DNA of 26,154 nt from IMG/VR virus record IMGVR_UViG_3300036784_000277, positions 1 through 26,154 of that record. One strand, given 5' to 3'. Both the position numbers and the translations under genes were made by a program. This stretch comes from a virus. Lineage: Duplodnaviria > Caudoviricetes. Below, in pieces: positions 22,832 to 26,154 of this stretch; the stretch's first letter is position 1, and each line of letters opens with the position of its first letter. The notes under the pieces are model-generated. The model made no database searches. It was not told the origin of the DNA and worked only from the letters and a program-made list of their open reading frames with translations.

Positions 22832-23647
22832 CTAGGTTTCTAGCGGAGGCGACGCGGGCGGATGACAGACCTGCGCCAACTGATCTGGCGGCGTGGTGTC
22901 TGGGTTCCCCGTAGACCTAGCGACCGGGTGGCTATGGGGTGTCGGCGTGGGCGGACCGGGAGGTAGCCGCCGGGTACTGTTTACCAGCATATCGGCACGG
23001 GCTTGCTGCTCGCGGGCGATCTGCTGCTGGAGTTGTTTAGCGAGTTCTCCTTCGCGCTTCAAGGCTTCCGCGTTGGCGCGTTGCTGCTTTCGCGCTTCGA
23101 TGGCGAGGGCGGTGCTGATGGCGAAGGCACCTTTGATGGTCTTGTTGATGTAGTGGCGGGTTGCGCTCGCGGCGCGTTCTCTGTCGTAGGCTTCGCGTGC
23201 CAGCCGGCCTCGGGGTCTTTTTTCTCCCTGTTTTCCGTAGATTGTCGATGGGCTTGGGCGGGGGTTTCCCCGCCCGGTGGGATACTTGAGGGTTGGTTTG
23301 GGGGGCCTGCGTTCGGTGGCGGGAACTTGTCGCCATGAGAATTCGAGGCCTGCGGCTCTCAAGTGCCCGAGGATATGTTTTGTTGTCTCGCGCAGCTTTA
23401 GGGGGTCGGCCTCCAGTTCTGGCTGGAAGAGGCGCCACCAGTGCTGCGGGTTTTTCTTTGTCGGCTTGAAGCCGTGGCGTTGGAGGAGGGCGGAGAGTCT
23501 GTCCGGCACGCTCCATACTAAAAGAAGATGGTCTTGTTTTGGTTTCTCGGCGGCGAGTTCCACGTCTCGGCCGAATTCGGTTGTTTCTTTATCGGCGGCG
23601 CTCTTGTTGCGCCGTTGCGGAAGCGGATTGGTGCGCAGCGATCTCAC
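22832..23647 (-). CDS. Hypothetical basic protein, 271 aa
   Basis: GTG at 23647 overlaps the upstream stop. Globular N-terminal part (LLQRHGFKPTKKNPQHWW), coiled coil, Pro-rich tail. Confidence 0.65.
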   Translation of the reverse strand: MRSLRTNPLPQRRNKSAADKETTEFGRDVELAAEKPKQDHLLLVWSVPDRLSALLQRHGFKPTKKNPQHWWRLFQPELEADPLKLRETTKHILGHLRAAGLEFSWRQVPATERRPPKPTLKYPTGRGNPRPSPSTIYGKQGEKRPRGRLAREAYDRERAASATRHYINKTIKGAFAISTALAIEARKQQRANAEALKREGELAKQLQQQIAREQQARADMLVNSTRRLPPGPPTPTPHSHPVARSTGNPDTTPPDQLAQVCHPPASPPLET

Positions 23648-23844
23648 GTCGGCACCACTTCGAGGAGGTCGCAAGCGAGGACGCAGGAGCGGAAATTGTC
23701 GCTCTTGTCGACCCACGCGAGGTAGGCCATGGGGCGGCTGTCGAAGTGGGCGAGTTGGGTGACCACCATCGGCGGCGAGGCGAGGGACTTCAGCCTGACG
23801 ATGGCCCCGCGTGTCAAGCCGGGGGCAACTTCCTCTTGCGCCAT
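23644..23844 (-). CDS. YodC / DUF2158-like protein
   Basis: GAIVRLKSLASPPMVV...AYLAW resembles GDxVxLKSGGPxMTV...CxW. Confidence 0.7.
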   Translation of the reverse strand: MAQEEVAPGLTRGAIVRLKSLASPPMVVTQLAHFDSRPMAYLAWVDKSDNFRSCVLACDLLEVVPT

Positions 23845-23884
23845 CGGGATTAATGCCTTACTGGGTTCTTACCTTGTGAGAGAG

Positions 23885-23921
23885 GGCACGCTTGGCACGT
23901 ATGCCTTGCTCGTGTCAAGCC
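23885..23921 (-). promoter_or_regulatory. Probable leftward promoter (-35 TTGACA at 23918-23913)
   Basis: GGCTTGACA in the divergent gap before terL, same context as at 14520; the -10 box is unclear. Confidence 0.45.
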
Positions 23922-24051
23922 TGAATACTCATAGCCCCTTGTCCCTATAACCCCAGGGGCGCGGTGAGCGGAAGGCCCGGTTGGAATCCCCTCCACCGGG
24001 CCTTTCCATTTATAAGGAACACGCGCGCACGCGCGCGCGAGGGAGAAGAGG

Positions 24052-26154
24052 ATGGCGAGCGCCGCCGAGGAGAAGATCCTGGAGCAGCGCGCCGAATTGA
24101 TCCGGCGGTTTCTGGCAAACCCGTGGATCGCCCACTCCTATCTCTTCTCTCACCGCCACGAGCAGGAATCGTCGCCAGCGCACAAGGAGTGCGTCCTTGG
24201 CATCTGGTCCCCCGCGCCCCGCCGCAACATCGAGGCGTTCCGCGGCTTCGGCAAGAGCACCCTCCTCGAGGAAACGCTGATCCTGCGAGCGGCGATGCGG
24301 ATGCACCGCAATATCCTCATCGTCGGGGCCAGCGAGACCCGGGCGATCGAGCGGCTCGCGGCGATCAAGAACGAGATCCTGACGAATGAAAAGCTGGAGG
24401 CGACCTTCGGGAGCCTCAAGGGCGAGCCGTGGCAGGAAACGAAGATCGTCCTTTCGAACGGCACCTGTATCCAGGCATTGGGGCGGGACCAGTCGATCCT
24501 CGGGCTGAAGCACCTCGACTGGCGGCCCGACGCCGTCCTCATCGACGATGTCGAGCCGGCGGACGAATCGAGATCCGAGATCGAGAAGGTCAAGACCTGG
24601 ACGTGGTTCACCCGGGCGCTCATCCCGTCATTGGATTCGCCGGTCTTCTCGTGGATCCGGGTGCTCGGCACCAGAAGAGGCGACGGCTCACTCTCGGAGA
24701 AGCTCGACGTCGCGGGATGGGAGAGCGCGAAGTTCCCGATCGAGACCGTGGCCGAGGACGGCAGCCGCCTCGCTACCTGGCCGGCGAAGTTCGGCCTCGA
24801 CCGGATCGACGAACTCCGCCGCCTCTACCAGGGCGACATGCACGCCTTCGACCAGGAGTTCATGTGCCGGGCGTACTCGGATGCCGCCCGGGTGTTTCAC
24901 CGCGAGGAACTCAGGTTCGAGCCGATCGAGCGCTCGTGGCACGCTATTTATATCATGTACGACCCCGCCCGCACCAAAACCCAGACCTCGGCGACGACGG
25001 GGAAGGCGGTGTGGTCGTGGGTTGGCAACCGCCTCGTCGTCTGGGAGTGTGGCGGGCACTTCTGGTCGCCGGACGAACTCATCCAAGACATCATCGAGAG
25101 TGCCCGCCATTACCAGCCGGTGATGATCGCGGTGGAGAAGACCGGATTGAACGAGTGGCTGATGCAGCCCTTACGCCACGAGATGATGAAAGCCGGTATC
25201 CTCTTGCCCCTCCAGGGGGTCGAGGCGCCGCGCGGCAAGCTCGACTTTATCCGCGCGCTGCAGCCCTTGATCAGTAGCGGTGAACTAATCTTGGCCGGGG
25301 ACCGCGAACAATTTAAAACCTTTGCCGACCAGTTGACCTCGTTTCCTCGGGGGAGGATCGATGCGCCGAACGCCCTCGCCTACGCCAGGCTCCTTAGGTC
25401 AGGACAACCAGTCCACGACAATTTCGGAGAACGTCATATTGCTGTGGCTGCACGGGTGCTGGACGACTGCCCCCTATACGTTGCGGCTGGAGCGGACGGG
25501 GAACTCGTTACGGCTGTCCTGCTGCAACGACAAGGGGGAGGTACTGTTGTCCTCGCCGATTTTGTTGCCGAAGGCACGCCGGGAGCACTTCTTGGGCAAC
25601 TTGCGGCCGAAATTGCGCTTAGTCACGAAGGAACAGGCGGCAGCGTTACCGAGCGGTTCCACCGGGGTAGTGCGCTCTTTAAGCTCCCTTCGTATGTCGC
25701 CGAAACCCGAAGGCTCGAGCCCACCTGGGTGATCCCGCCGCAGCACTTCAACCAGTGGCAGAACCATGGACTTCGCCAGGCCATCGCCGCCCTTCCCGCC
25801 CGATGCACTATGGGTGGCGCGCCTGAAGTGGGTCGTGCCGCTCTCGCAGACGAGTTGGACCGTACCCACCATGGCGAACCCGCCTTCAAGATCGCCCCCG
25901 CCGCCACCTGGTGCCTGCGCGGGCTTTCCGGCGGATACGCTTACCCTGTGGGCGGGAGGGGACTGGCGGCGGCAAAACCCGAAGCCGGGATCTACAAGAC
26001 CCTGATCGAGGGTCTGGAAAGCTTCGTCGCGATCGGTTGGGGAACCTCCCGCGACGAAGGCGGGGAGAGGACAAGAAACCTCTCCCCGCAGCCGATTGCC
26101 TATACCCGATCCGGCATGGCATATAAGAGCGCGGTCCCCGAGCGCCCACAAAGA
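24052..26154 (+). CDS. terL: Terminase large subunit, 3'-truncated (701 aa or more), with a second degenerate RNase H-like domain
   Basis: Translated by hand, open to the window end: Walker A AFRGFGKST, Walker B AVLIDDVE, VLGT coupling motif, QEFMC, nuclease YDPA...AVE...SFPRGRIDAPNALAYA, then about 250 extra aa. Confidence 0.92.
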   Translation, partial: MASAAEEKILEQRAELIRRFLANPWIAHSYLFSHRHEQESSPAHKECVLGIWSPAPRRNIEAFRGFGKSTLLEETLILRAAMRMHRNILIVGASETRAIERLAAIKNEILTNEKLEATFGSLKGEPWQETKIVLSNGTCIQALGRDQSILGLKHLDWRPDAVLIDDVEPADESRSEIEKVKTWTWFTRALIPSLDSPVFSWIRVLGTRRGDGSLSEKLDVAGWESAKFPIETVAEDGSRLATWPAKFGLDRIDELRRLYQGDMHAFDQEFMCRAYSDAARVFHREELRFEPIERSWHAIYIMYDPARTKTQTSATTGKAVWSWVGNRLVVWECGGHFWSPDELIQDIIESARHYQPVMIAVEKTGLNEWLMQPLRHEMMKAGILLPLQGVEAPRGKLDFIRALQPLISSGELILAGDREQFKTFADQLTSFPRGRIDAPNALAYARLLRSGQPVHDNFGERHIAVAARVLDDCPLYVAAGADGELVTAVLLQRQGGGTVVLADFVAEGTPGALLGQLAAEIALSHEGTGGSVTERFHRGSALFKLPSYVAETRRLEPTWVIPPQHFNQWQNHGLRQAIAALPARCTMGGAPEVGRAALADELDRTHHGEPAFKIAPAATWCLRGLSGGYAYPVGGRGLAAAKPEAGIYKTLIEGLESFVAIGWGTSRDEGGERTRNLSPQPIAYTRSGMAYKSAVPERPQR

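Larger units (their letters stand above)
1..26154. mobile_element. Tailed phage / prophage genome segment (podovirus-like)
   Basis: Terminase large subunit, ejection proteins with a lysozyme-like domain, ERF + YqaJ recombination pair, HNH, VRR-NUC, Cro-like HTH, and many small ORFs with overlapping stop/start codons. No host housekeeping genes. Portal, capsid and integrase are not in the window. Confidence 0.96.

Noticed and set aside
24010-26151. Short ORFs listed by the track across the right end
   Set aside because: All are alternative frames of the uninterrupted terL frame starting at 24052.

Overview
A 26 kb, GC-rich segment of a tailed dsDNA phage or prophage genome, most likely a podovirus with a P22/T7-like ejectosome. 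An alphaproteobacterial host is an inference from GC content, GCTTGACA promoters and DUF3309/DUF2158-like genes. From left to right: (1) the end of the virion module, with a GNAT protein, three DNA-ejection proteins and a translationally coupled PurD-like ATP-grasp ligase interrupted by a 324-aa LAGLIDADG intein that ends in Gln; (2) a leftward recombination operon with an AspH-like oxygenase lacking its HxD His, DUF551, ERF, KTSC, an AT-rich HNH endonuclease, small ORFs, a YqaJ exonuclease and a secreted 56-aa peptide; (3) a compact divergent promoter built on a TGTCAAGC-G-GCTTGACA palindrome; (4) a rightward XRE HTH, CHC2 zinc finger, RecA-like helicase and GH26-like hydrolase; (5) a leftward block of small genes including VRR-NUC; (6) about 1 kb of non-coding DNA; (7) a large terminase, missed by the ORF track because it runs off the end, that appears to carry two tandem degenerate RNase H-like domains. 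The most promising novelties are the GNAT / lysine-free ejection protein / PurD-like ligase module, the double-nuclease terminase and the secreted peptide at the switch. All family calls come from motif recognition by eye; no searches were run.
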